A stretch of 64,000 nt of DNA from Octopus sinensis (Eukaryota): contig NC_043002.1 in NCBI RefSeq assembly GCF_006345805.1, positions 103,230,001 to 103,294,000 of the forward strand. The letters run 5' to 3'. Under the pieces are notes generated by a model that did not search any database, was not told the origin of the DNA, and worked only from the letters and a program-made list of their open reading frames with translations. Within the stretch, counting starts at the first letter, position 1. Every line of letters begins with the position of its first letter. The position numbers and the translations under genes are program-made. This document shows, in pieces, positions 40,137-53,578 of the stretch.

Positions 40137-41058
40137 ATCCAAACATGAAAACACAAAGAGAAAACGCAACAACACGAGGACGTGGAATAAATATAGTATT
40201 ATTGGACGCTCAGGAAGGAAGGGAAGAAGGAGCGTTTTACGTTTCGAGCCTACGCTCTTCGACAGAAAGATACACAGATAAAAAACAAGGAGAGAAACAT
40301 GGAGAGAAAAAATGTGTGGAGCTAACGATCTATCATGGCGTCCTGACTTCGGACAGTGGTCAGACGCGAGAGGGACAGTAGGGGAGATAACAGGGTCAAG
40401 TGACTTCCAATACGAAGGTGCCCCCAACACAAAGGTGCGTGTTTATATAAGAGAGTATGTATGTGCGTGTGAAAGAGGGCTGGTGGTCTGGACGTGTGTA
40501 TGTATGTATGTGTGGGTGTGGAGATGTGGGGATGGGTGTGTGGGTGGTGTGTTGTGATGTGATATGTGTATGTATGTGTAGGTGTAAAGATGTGGGGATG
40601 GGTGTGTGGTGGTGTGATGTGTAATGTTGTATGGTGTGGTGTAGTGTGGTGTGATGTTGTGGGGAGGTGGGGAAGGCGAGAGTGGGGAAAGCACAGGTGG
40701 GGTGTGGGTTCGGCTGGGGGTTGGGGTAGAGTGGGGGTTGTGGGTAGGTAGAGGGTGGGGTTAGAGGTGAGGTTATGTGGGGGAGGAGTATGGGATAAGG
40801 GTGAGGTATGTAGGGGGTGAAGTGTGGGATAGGGGTGAGGTGTGTAGGGGATGGTGTGGGGTAGAGTGGGGGAAGGGGTGGGAAGGATAGGGAAGGTGGA
40901 GTAGGGTTGGGTGGGTTTATGGGGGAGGGGAAGTTGGGTATATGAAGAGAGAGAGGAGGAGAGAAGGAGAGAAGAGAGAGGGATGGGGTGGGGGAGAGAG
41001 AGGGGAAGAGAAGAGAGGGGGAGGAGGGGAGAGAGGAGGAGGAAGGGAGAGAAGGAGA
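40132..41058 (-). mobile_element. PLE 3' UTR plus pseudo-LTR (same family as 34830-35822), no ORF
   Basis: Aligns by eye with 34900-35200 (CAGAAAG.ACACAG...CAAGGAGAGAAA; AAGGTG...ATAAGAG...GCTGGT...GACGTGTG) and carries the same HHR type. Confidence 0.8.
40235..40268 (-). ncRNA. Variant hammerhead (core CUGUCGA, loopless palindromic stem III ACGU)
   Basis: Minus: TTT-CTGTCGA-a GAGC gtag GCTC-GAAACGT A-AAA; triplet GUA. Confidence 0.7.
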
Positions 41059-41976
41059 GCGAAGAATTCTTGCAGTTCCAAGTAATACTGATGTTTGTAG
41101 GTGTTCTACCTTCACACTTGCACCGATCTTTTTCAGTCATGTTGGGAGATTAGTGCTGATACTTCCAAGTGCACCAATTGCTATTGGTATCACGTCTACT
41201 CACTTCATTGACCACAACCTTTGTATTTCCCCCTCCTTATAGTTATAATTCTTTAGATTTTCTTCTTCTTTCACATTGATCCTGTTGTCACCGAGGTATG
41301 CTATGTCGATTATCATATATGTTCTTCCTTTTTTTATTCACCACAACAATGTCCGGTTTCCTATATCTGGTCAGGTGATCGCACTGGATCGTTACAACCC
41401 ACAGGATTTTGCGTTTCTAATTTTCGTTGATTTCTTCTGGTGGTTGTTCGTACTACATCTTTGCTCTTTGTAGGCCCTGATTGCCAGAGAACATCCACTG
41501 GATCATTCTTGTGACCTTGCCATGCCGTCGTTTGTATTCGCGTTGTGCCAATTTCTGGCATTTGCTAGCGATTTGCCATACCGTTTCCCTCCTCCTATCA
41601 CCACACATTCTGCGTTTGTCGCTATCGGTAATGTTGGATATGCTGCACTTCATATAATTGGTCCTTTGCACTTGTTCCCGAGTTGCACATATGAGTGCTT
41701 CTGTCTCTATCTTCAGGTCACTCCACCTCATCCATAGCCACTGGTCCTCTGTCTCTGTCTTGGTGTTCACATCTCTTGCAAACTAAATTTACATTTTTCC
41801 TTCCATGCTTTTTATATACCACCCTAGCCGTTTGCCTCTGCTTTGCTACAGTCCTGGCAACTGACCAGACCTCTCCCAACATTTCTTCTGGACAAGAACA
41901 GCCTATCGGTTTCACTCTCAGGGTGGTAGTCTCCGTGTAATGTCAATATTTTTCTGGTCTTGGTATCCACTATAAA
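41059..41976 (-). mobile_element. R4/Dong-clade non-LTR retrotransposon 3' fragment
   Basis: Across frameshifts: DTKTRKILTLHG.YHP.S..DRLF.SR...GRGL; DLKIETEALICATREQ..RTNY; CCHC-like RMCG..ETV.QI.S.C..LAQREYKRRH; RKPDIVV...IIDIA; VIPIAIGALG; LLGTARILR. Confidence 0.88.
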
Positions 41977-42043
41977 TTTTCTTCTTCTTCTTCTTCTTCT
42001 TCTTCTTCTTCTTCTTCTTCTTCTTCTTCTTCTCTTCTTCTTC

Positions 42044-42112
<69 letters not shown>

Positions 42113-42177
42113 TCCTCCTCCTTCTTTTTCTTCTTCTTCTTCTTCTTCTTTTTCTTCTTCTTCTTCTTCTTCTTTTT

Positions 42178-42208
<31 letters not shown>

Positions 42209-42230
42209 TTTCTTCTTCTTTTTCTTCTCA
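41977..42230. repeat. Compound (TTC)n-(TTA)n-(TTC)n microsatellite
   Basis: Directly visible. Confidence 0.97.
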
Positions 42231-44399
42231 TTTTTCTTATTTATGTTATCGGTGTAGTGCTATCAAGATTTACTTCTATCGGAGAATGGGTTTTCTGTGA
42301 GGAGAAGCCATTTGGGGAATAAATGTAAAGAGAGAAGGAGGAACTTACAGACTTTGTATCTGCACTGTATAATGTTAAGAGGAGATTTCCTATTGGAAAT
42401 TATCCAAAAATTATTATTATTCTCTTAGTTTTAGTTGGTGAAATTTTTCAAAATCTCGGCGCTAGACGGAGACACTGCAGCTCAAGGCAACTTACAAAAG
42501 CAAGAAGGAAAAACAACTTTATTAACAATAATCTTTTATAACGTGAATAATAATAAGAGAATGTCATTATATAAAATTTGTTTTCCGTTTCCGTGTGGAT
42601 TTGCATTTAGAAATTACGTTAGATAGAAACATGCCAAATCTTGTGAAGGTAAGGAAATAATGGACGGCCATAAGAGACGGGAAAGCAGCGGCGGCAGCGT
42701 TAAGGAGCAGGATTGCAGTGACTTTCAATTGTTCAGTAGGAATATATTTCATAATTCTTGTTTGATTTTCTTACATTTTACCTTGATTAGTTCTTCCTCT
42801 GCTTTATTGCTAAAAGATGAACATAGCAAGGTTTTTCGTTTAATGGCAATAAGATGGCGTGATTCTAATTACTTAATATCTGAACTGAATTATTGAAATA
42901 GGTTGGATATGAACGAATATAAATAATACGAAATAATATTACAATCCATATATGACTTGAATAACAAAATAAAATTAATTTCGAACGACAGCATTAAAAA
43001 GTACAGCAGAGATAAAGGAAACGGAAAAAATGCATTATAGGTATATGTAGGAATATAAAATAAACAACCTATAATTAAATAGACATTATTAATATGCATT
43101 TGGTAAAGAAAGCAGAGCACGAATCATAGAAATTTTAATATCGATATATTTGTTTAGTTATTATTAATCTCATGAATATTATTATTGTTGTGATCTTCGT
43201 TATTCTTCTCCTTCATCATTATCTTCTTCTTATTATTATTCTATTTGTTGATGCTCTTGTAGTAGGTGTTGTTGTTTTTATTGTTCTTATTGTTGTTATT
43301 TTTCCAAAGTCGTTATTCATTCCATTCTCAGTTTTATGATCATTTACCGGAGTTTGATGTCTTTAGGAGCAAATTATAACCAGTAATTTTGTGTTCTAAA
43401 ACCTGTTATATTTATTTTATTCGGCACTTAATCTATATTTCTAACACGCTCTTTTATATTCCAACTCTTCATAATAACATTTTGTTTTTTTGTTTTCTCT
43501 CCAGTGATTCTGAATTAAGGCTCATTTCTGTTTTGCCGAGCAAGTTTCTAGTCTATTAGTTATCATAGTTGGAAATTATTGTTGATGTTCTTGTTTTTGT
43601 GTTTTGTTCTTTACAAACCATGTTAGCCCTGATTGAGCAACCGTATGATCAAAGGTGTTTAAGCTGTGATCAATCGTTTATTTTAAAAGTGTAATTTCAA
43701 GCATTACATTAATGTCGCCACACTACATTTCCCACTCTATACTCACTGCATGATACTGAATATCATAGCCATGCTATTCTCGGTTATAGAATAGTTAGCA
43801 ATAGTATTATTGTGGCAATGCTAGCAACACTATTGCCACTACGCTATACTATAAAAATAAAGTATTCATAATGATAGTAATATTATTTCTTTCACTACAC
43901 TGCATTAACTATCCTAGCTCTCCTAGCAACGTTATGTTCACTACAGTGCCCTAGTAACCATACGATGCATTGCACGAACTCTTAGAATAAAAATCTCTCC
44001 TTGTGTCTCTGTCCTAGATATCTAAGTCTACAACGGCATAATTTTCTCTAGTATCCAAGACTATATTAATCGAGCGACTCTAAGTAGGTATTCATACCAC
44101 AGAATCAAAACTACAATAGCTTTGCTACATTATCCTATATTTCATTACTAAGATGTTGGGGATACAATAAGATTGCTGCGCATTTTGCTTAGAATATATG
44201 TTGTGTATTTTTTTCTTTTGTCAGAGGAACCGTATGCAGGCCTGTTCCATTGCTAGAAATGTTATTATTATTTTTATTGGTGTTACATCGGTTTTCTTTG
44301 AGGGTGAAATATTTGCTGTCTCCCTTTCAACACTTATATTTATTCATTTTTTCTTGTTCTTTCATTCTTAATGTCGCCGGCTATTGCAGTACCAACTAG

Positions 44400-45350
44400 G
44401 TATATTTATGTTCATTGCTTTTTGCTATAAAACTCTCGTGTCTGCTACTATGTATTTACGGTCGTTTTCAATGAGACAATCCTAAATCACATTTGTTTCT
44501 TTAAACACTATAATACTTGCAGTTTGCTGCCCATACAATTTCTCTGTCCATTCTAATGTATATTTTCGACATAATTTCCAATTGACAATTGAAAAGGACA
44601 GAAGCATATATTTTCTTGCTGTCTTTCTGGTATAATTTTCTGCATGCTCCTATAAAATATACTACAAAATCGCCGTTTGCTTAATACGGATTCAGGGGTT
44701 ATGTTTGCATAGTTATTGATCAGATTTCTTCTGACGACTTGTTCCTTTGCCATGAAATCAGTTCTTCTCATTGGGATATAGAGACGACGATTTTCATTCA
44801 TGAAAATGATGTACCCACATCCACACATTTAGGATTCCGCATTTACAAAACTTTCTTTTGTTGTAAGGAAATCTTTGTGGCAGACACTTCGAGTCTAATA
44901 GATTCTTCAATCTTAATTATTTCCTATTTCGGTCTTTCTCTTATCGGAGAAACCACGCTTTGTATTACGTAACAATTTACACTGCAACTCTCAGTCTGAC
45001 TATATTAATACAATCTAACCTCTTGATGACAAGCTTGCTTTCGTCACTCTTAAGCTACATTTTGTACTGTTGCAACAATAATGAAAAATGCTCTTCACAA
45101 ATAGCTGGTCTATTCCTCGGGAATATATTCGTTCCGGTTTCTCTTATTGAACATCCTCTAGCCATCCGTTTTATGTCATTCATTGTAGCAGCATCAAGTA
45201 ATAACCACCAGCCAATTCGCTCATTATATCCTTCCCAATAATTATTCTGGATCTCTGCAATTCCGTCTCTGTCCTGCAGTCGTCTGTTTGCAACTGGTCG
45301 AAAGGAGCTTAAACGTCTCAGTTTAACCGATCCTACAAGACTTGTGCAAT
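44400..45350 (-). mobile_element. Heavily decayed R4/Dong-like fragment
   Basis: Minus fragments KEQVVRRNLI...KRRFC, KTARKY...WKLCRKY.LE...ETNVI*DCLIENDRK occur in the same order as in 41059-41976. Confidence 0.55.
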
Positions 45351-45597
45351 ACATAGGGACAGCGCTTGTTTTATGCCAAGAACTGAAATACGATCAAAAA
45401 GAGATTAATAATTTACACCCGCTTTAACAGAGGATAAAGAACCTCCTCATTTTACTTACATAATCAATGTTCGTCCTATGTAATCTAGAAACTTCCTCGT
45501 TACTCATTTTATGGCGTCCTGTATTACACCTTAAATGAGCATGTATCTTATTGAATAGATGAAATAGATGAAATATTAAATATCAAATATTAATGTA

Positions 45598-45699
<102 letters not shown>

Positions 45700-45848
45700 A
45701 ATATAAATACATATCTACATATACATATGTACATATGCATATATATATATATATATATGTATATACATACATATATACATATACATACATACATATATAT
45801 ATACATGCATATATATATACATACACACACACACACACACACACACAC

Positions 45849-45904
<56 letters not shown>

Positions 45905-48293
45905 CATGTATGTTAAATATTTTAATGTTACTTGTATTATAATCTCTGGCAAATGTAACTTTGAATGATTATTATTTTATCTAAATCATTTAAAACTAAA
46001 TAATTTCAGCCTCGTTTTTTGGAGTTGGTAAGATCTTTATCTTAACCGGCATCGTCAAAACTACCTGGGTCTGCATTCAATTCGATAAGGCAGTGTAAAA
46101 GAGAAGGGAATTCCGCAAAACCAACCATCAACAAAAGCTATACTATTGCTGCCTTCCAGCAAGAGCAAAAAATAATTGGGGCCATCGTTGATAGCGCTGA
46201 ATAGTAATAATAACGCAATGGAATCAATATGATCTTGCTTACAGTGTATGTTGCATCATAGCTAGTACGGATGTAGCACCAATATATCTATCAATTGATA
46301 CTGATTTAGAAGAAGATGGGTGTACACGTGAAACATTTGATAGTTATAATTTGCAACGTTGATACCAGTCACCAATTGCCTCATTTAAATTTTACATCAA
46401 ACTATGTATATTAAATATATATGATCCGAATACGTTTGTCCCAAGCAGAGAGGAAAAAATAAGAACCCGCCAATAAAAAGGCCGTTGTGAAAGAGGTACA
46501 TGGTGCATTGACAATGATGGAATGCAATCGAGAAAGCTGGAAGGGGATACGGAAGAAAAAGGAATATGAAAGCACGTGCTTGCTGTATCAGCGGATGAAA
46601 CGCATTAAGGACTATATAATAATTAAGCTTTAATGATAAATTATAAACTCACAAGAATGTGTTGGCAACACTTGAGGAATAATTCATCTCTTACCTGCTT
46701 AGTAAAATAAGCAACTCTTTTTCCTCTAGTAATGTAGACTCTATTTATTGAGGACACACAACAAAGGAAAGAAAAGTCTACACAGAACAAATGAGATAGA
46801 ATCGCAGTACAGAGGGACAGAGAAAATGTTCAAAACCATCTTGATGCAAATGGAAAGGACTCCTTTGTAGCAGAGTAAAATCTAGAAATGGTTGGGAAGA
46901 AAAACAATATCGCTAGAAAAGGTAAGTCTCTGGAGTATCAGTGCGTCGAGAGTGGCGCTATTCCTAATATATGGGGAGGCACTACTTGAAGCAAAGCTAG
47001 CAAAATTGGTGGAGAAAACATTGAATGACTGTTTCGAATTCCATACTTATTCAGTGACAATTGCTGTGCGGACAAATACAGTAGTGTAGATAGAGAAGCC
47101 ACAGATAACGTGCAGGAATACGAATTGAAGACTCACATGAGATGCAGAGTAGTGACACAGCCACAATGCATATACGAGAAACGACCAGAATAAAAGATGA
47201 AAGAATCGAAACAGAGAAAATTGTCGTGACTTCAATGTAAAAAGCAAACCTCCGTTAAGTCTGAACGAACTTAACAGAAGTAGTAATGGATGAATATGCA
47301 ATGTTGAAACAAAATCATTTCTACATATCCACGAGAACAGATTCAAGAAGTGTTTAAACACAGGAAGCACTTGTTCCAACCGCACGCATTAAATACACTG
47401 GATGAATAAGGTAACGATCCTCTCACGACGACTAAACACCACCAGAGTAATCGAACATTAAGGATACTCGGTGAAAACTCAACAACGCCAAATACGCCTC
47501 TATATTCTGTTTCCCTCAACAAAACTAAACAATAGTCATAGCAATACATTTTGGTTTGAAATATTGGTTGTCGGCCCGCAAGTTCACGGGTAGCAGTAGA
47601 CGATTTCATCGACATCAATGAAAAACTGTTACATATATAATCGACGCCCGAAGGAAGAAAAGCAAAGTAGACCGATACAGAGAATAAGCTCAGAACATCA
47701 GGACGGTCGAAATGTCCTTAAGCATTTTGCTCGTTGCGGAAACGATTCTGCCAGCTCGCTGCCTTAAATATAACAATATGCTTTAAATATTGCAAGAAAA
47801 ATAAAACACAATGAAAGCGAAACGAAGGCAGGCCAACGGGCTGACATGATATACAAGACAGGAAAGGTTCTAGCGAATTTAAGATCAGTGAGAACATCTC
47901 AGAAATATTGCGCTTAAACTTCCAAGTAGTACAATAACAAACTGACCTGAACCAGAATGTGTATTGGAAGTCGCTTGTGTGTAGGTGTGTGGCTGTATGC
48001 GTATGTGTGTGTGTGGGAGGTTGTGCGTATGTGGGAGGGTGTACGTATGTTATGAGTATGCGCGCGCGTCAGGATTATACTTAGTCTGGCTGCCCTAAGA
48101 TATATGAAGATACTAAAATTCATTTTTAGAATTAACTCACTCACATTGTTTTAGATCTGATGTTTCTCGTCAAAAATGGTAAGGAGTAATCTTGTTGAGT
48201 TAGAATAATAACATGACACATAATATATTAATATTAGATGGAATAATTTCTAAATCTGTCCTTATTTTATAGTGGAATGCATTCACTATACCC

Positions 48294-48527
48294 ATTTCTT
48301 TACTAGCCAAAAGGGGCCAAACACAGAGAGGACAAACAAGGACAGACAAACGGATTAAGTCGTTTATATCGACCCCAGTGCGCAACTGGTACTTACCTAA
48401 TCGACCCTGAAAGGATGAAAGGCAAAGTCGACCTCGCCGGAACTTGAACTCAGAACGTAGCGGCAGACGAAGTACCGCTAAGCATTTCGCCCGGCGTGCT
48501 AACGTTTCTGCCAGCTCGCCGTCTTTT
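48294..48527 (-). mobile_element. SINE family B with 14-bp TSD
   Basis: Homologous to the other family B copies. TSD CATTCACTATACCC lies at 48280-93 and 48528-41. Confidence 0.9.
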
Positions 48528-49338
48528 CATTCACTATACCCTCAGACACTAGCTATAAAATCGAACTGTGAATTATTATTTTATATCGAGACAAAAACGA
48601 AATAATTCATGGAAAAATAAAATGTATAAATGCAAATCACAGAAGATTAAAGGACCATAACCAGAAATAGGCTGAGAAAATCTCTAATCAGTTGCTTCTT
48701 CGAGCAGCCGTCCAGTTTGACTCATCTCACGATAGATATGCTAGCATGCAAAGAATTATGTACTGGAAATTGTAGTCTGCGATTCAATGGCGTACGAGGT
48801 GTACAGGGCTGAAACACATTTGACTGGATTTCTGCTCTTTCAGGGTAAGTTGAACAGAAATCTTAATAGGAACTCTTGTTGTACATCAAGGGTACTCTGA
48901 TTCATTGTTCGACTGAATGATTGATCAAACAATCGGTGGAGTGGTGAAATGGTTAATCAAAGGACTAATAAATATAAAGATGTGTAAGAGAAGCAGTGTG
49001 TGTGTGTGTGTTTATCCTTGGCATAATGGCCTTCCTAAGGAAAAAAATTAATCTATTTCAAAACATAATTTTACATGAATAATCTTGGAAATCAAATACA
49101 AAAAATAAAATGGAAAGAGAGAAAGAAACACTTCAGAGAAAACGATGCTCATTAGAATATTTGACATAAATATGGTTCACTAATATTCCTAGATATCTCT
49201 TAAAATATACAAGTTATATATTTCTGCCAACAACTGCAACACCGCTGACTCTGCAATACGAAACGAAAATACATTATTTAGGATTATTATACTGAGATAG
49301 ATTGTGATGGTGTAGTTAATATGTTCAATATATTTATA

Positions 49339-49629
49339 TTATTCATAGCTTTCATCGCGAACAACTTAATTGAATACAAACGATATAATAAAAATCGCAC
49401 ACCAAATCCAACTTAACACCGCATCTTAGCAGAAGCAATAAAACTACTTCTGTTTGGAATGACGCATGTATCACGGAAATATCTAGCTTGTCTTTGTCCA
49501 AGTGAGTGGCATGGAAGGAGCCAGTTATGGTGTGAAAATGTTATACTGTTTAGCTCTTCCTAGAGGTCCTTCTATCATCATACAACCTTTGAATGGTAAA
49601 CATCTGTCTAGCTGCAGCATACATAAAGT
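49339..49629. repeat. About 290-bp segment present in inverted orientation at 56121-56394
   Basis: TTATTCATAGCTTTCATCGCGAACAAC...GCAGCATAC matches the reverse complement of 56121-56394, with scattered substitutions and one net 16-bp indel. Confidence 0.9.
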
Positions 49630-50163
49630 TATACTGTTACTTGATGTAGAAAAAGATTCTGATCATAAATCTTGAATTAGAGAATTAAAGATGGACAATA
49701 TATAGGACCTTCCAGCAGAATTTCCTTCCCGTTGTTACCAATTTGCAATAGATTAAGTGGAGTAATCACTAGCATCAACTCCTTGGTAGCGGCGAGATTG
49801 CCATCTTCATATGGCATCTGCTCTGTCTCAGGACCTATCAAGTAAGAAACATTATAAATTCCAAGGTTGAACTTATATTCACGATTTGGGGGCAGGGGTG
49901 ACTCATATAAAGTAACTAGCTCTATTTACACGACTACGCACCCCTTTGGAAATAAATTTTGCTATAGATTTTCTTTTCCAGTTACTGCCAATTCAAACAA
50001 GAACAGACGCGTCAGTGAGGTTTCAGATGCATCTAGTGCATTCTTGGCTACTATACGCGCCACGTGCTGATGTTATGTAACTCTAGACCAGCATTCTTTC
50101 AGTGTAACTGTTCTCGTCAGCGTTCCGGCTTTTGCATTTGACGAAATACTTTGTTTTATATCA

Positions 50164-50338
50164 AACTAGCAGTATCGCCCGGCGTTGCTCGGATTTGTAA
50201 GGGAAATAACTATATAATCATTTTTAGAGAGTTATAGCCAAAAAATGCATTAAAAATGGAAAACAAATGATGGTAAATTTTTTTTAAATCGATGACTCAT
50301 CGTAGACGCGCGCTAATACCCAGAAGGGCTCGATATGA
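50164..50338 (+). mobile_element. Probable non-autonomous Helitron-type terminal fragment
   Basis: Starts AACTAGCAGTATCGCCCGGCGTTGCTCGG (ACTAG + CCCGGCGTTGCTCGG), a pattern I recognise from invertebrate Helitron/Helentron ends. No coding evidence. Confidence 0.45.
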
Positions 50339-51421
50339 ATTTGACAGAATTTGAACTCAGAACATAACGGCGGGTGAAATGACGTTAAGCTCTTTGTCCA
50401 GCGTGCTCGCTGCCTTGAAGTGTTCTAATAACATTGAAACATGTTCATCGCATTCAATAATTGGCTTCTGAAGCGAGATACACTCACTGATTTTTTAAAA
50501 CTATTTTTAAAAATTGAAAATATTGAAAATGTTCATTTTGGGTTGTTTTACATTTTTCAGTTTATATAGAATTATTATGCTAATTAAGTTGATAGCATCT
50601 GTTAACCGACAGCTTATGCGGGATTATTAGAACTATAAAGTTTATTCTGAAGAAGTGTTGTACAAGTGTGTTTATGCCCAAAGGACGCTCGTATGAATGC
50701 CAACCATGTATTAGGGACGATACTTTTGACCATACTCCTTCCAAAATATCCTATCGCATTCTAAATTTATGAACGATAAAATCGATTCTTCTTCTTATTA
50801 TTGTTGTCGTCGTTGTTTTTGTTGTTATCAATATTACGAATATCAAACGTGGTGATATTTCTCCTCATGACGTTGTTACATTTGTAACATTTTAACTTTT
50901 GCTTGCTACACATTATTTTGGTAAATTCAACTATTTATTTATTTGCGTCTTTATTTATTTGTGTATCATTGTATCTTTTTTGTAGCCATTGACGGAATTA
51001 ATAATTTTCATTTCACTTCTTTCAATTTTTAGCGCTTTTAATATATATATTTCCATTTACAGAGGACATTCGCCAACATCTACACCACCGGTTCTTCGCT
51101 TTGATACACTTTCCACATTCACTTGCATACGTCTTGCTTTTGTAATATTACTGGTTCTTTCTTGCTAATATTCATAGCACCATATATTGCTCTATCTTCA
51201 GTTTATAAATATATATGCATATATATATATATTTTTTTAATTTTAGGGATTTGACTTTTTTTGTTTTGTCATTTTTAAAGGGGATTTTTATGCTTGCACT
51301 TCTTTCTTCCTTGTATTTTTGGTTGTTATCAGATACATTCTTTCATCTTTTATATTAGTAATTTCCCCCTCATGCGGCATGATGTTTGTCATTTCGACGT
51401 TTCATCTCCTCCCACCTCTCC

Positions 51422-51467
51422 TATTATTATTATTATTATTTTATTATTATTATTATTATTATTATTA

Positions 51468-51525
<58 letters not shown>

Positions 51526-51531
51526 TTATTA

Positions 51532-51571
<40 letters not shown>

Positions 51572-51590
51572 TACCATCATTATTATTTTT
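51422..51590. repeat. (ATT)n microsatellite
   Basis: Directly visible. Confidence 0.97.
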
Positions 51591-51994
51591 TCCCCTCATT
51601 CACCGTACTCATATATTTTCACATTTGTGCATGCGTATGCGCGTATGTCATTTAATCTATCTCTCAGTCTCTGTCTATTTCTATCTCTATCCAACTCCCT
51701 CTCTCGTTCATATTTCTGAACAACGCCCATAATATTTTATTACTATTTTTACGTATAGCATCCATACCATTGCTTTTGAACTACATAAGTTTTTGCTTCA
51801 TATGTTCTTGTTATTTTGTCCCTATCATTTTTGAGTCCGAATCCAAAGTTTCTCTACACCGCATAACGTGATTCCATTCAATTAGATCCTACACTTATTT
51901 CATTATACACACACAAACCTAATCACATACACCTGCGTATGTATGGGTACACAATGACACTCACGCAACATACATACATACATACATACGTACA

Positions 51995-52056
<62 letters not shown>

Positions 52057-52324
52057 CATACGTACATACAAACATAAATACATATATGTATACATATAAA
52101 TATAAATATGTGTGTGTGTGTTTGTACACTCTCACATATTGACGAATAAATATATCGGAAACTATAATAGACCGACATACTCACATGCATAGAGAAAGGT
52201 CTAGGTGGGTATATATATATATATGAAGATATACATACACGCACACAGACACACAGACAGACACACACATATACACATATGTATAAATGTAGATATGTAT
52301 GCATGTATATGTAAATGTGTATAC

Positions 52325-52356
<32 letters not shown>

Positions 52357-52480
52357 CTATGTTTGTATATATATGCGTGTCTGTGTACATCTATATATAG
52401 ACATGTATACACGTTCAGAAATACGTGCTCAACTATGTATACCCATGTATATTTCCATTTATTTACGTATATTTTTGCAC

Positions 52481-52522
<42 letters not shown>

Positions 52523-53529
52523 GTGCAAAAATATATACATATATATATATATATATACATACATATATATATATATACAACACAGAAATAAAATACATGT
52601 GCACATTCACGCGCATACACACTCGCACGCAAACATGCACGCACACATGCAGGCCTATCCATACGTACAGACATGTGCACACAACTTCCTCAATACATAT
52701 ATCCATAAAACATATCGTTCGTCGTCACAGAGTCATCAGTCAATGTAATATGCCGGTCTTTCTACTATATTCAACACAATAACAATTAGCATGTGAGTTT
52801 CATTGTTAGCTATTTTCCATGTATATTGAATTGATCTTTGATGCTTCTCCTTCTATTGACCTAACTTCACGTTTATGAATAATAATACATTCATATACAA
52901 CCATGTTCTCAGCACCTTCCAGAATCCCCCTTTTCCCGTAACCGTTGTGTTGAGGTTATTATGCAATATTCCTTTCTATGTTATTCATTGTGTATATTTT
53001 ACCTTGGTAACAGGATTTCTTTTCATTGTTAGATGGAAGCTCATAGAGAAATATATACACATCCATGTACACGCATGTATATTTGTATGTGTGTGACTGC
53101 GTCTGTGGATACGTGTTTGTGTGCGCGCGTGTCTGTGTGTTTTCCTGTGTATGAGTGCGTGTGTGTGTATGTTTGACGATATCTCATACTTATATCTACA
53201 ATAACATCATAGCTTGGGCATACATGTCGAAATATATGGGCACGATGCATTAAGATCTGTATACATGTGCTTTGATATGTATGGCTAAGCTACTATTTTA
53301 GTGTGCTAAATAGATTTAACTATGAGATAATTTAAGATATTAATACTCAAATATAGATAATAGGATTGTCTATTTCCTTTGAGTTCTTTAAAATTTCCTT
53401 TATAATTGAAGTATTTTATATTATCAGGAGATATATTTTTGCTGCATATTTTGTGCAAATGCGTGTGCATGTTTGTCTGTGTGTGTATGATTGTGTGTGT
53501 AAATGTAATTGTGTGTATGTGTCTTTCTA

Positions 53530-53578
<49 letters not shown>

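Noticed and set aside
46700-47620. Purine-rich, coding-like stretch
   Set aside because: Multiple stops in all frames and no recognisable motif.
50080-50125. CTGACGA...GAAAG on the minus strand
   Set aside because: Stem II does not form and the cleavage position would be G.
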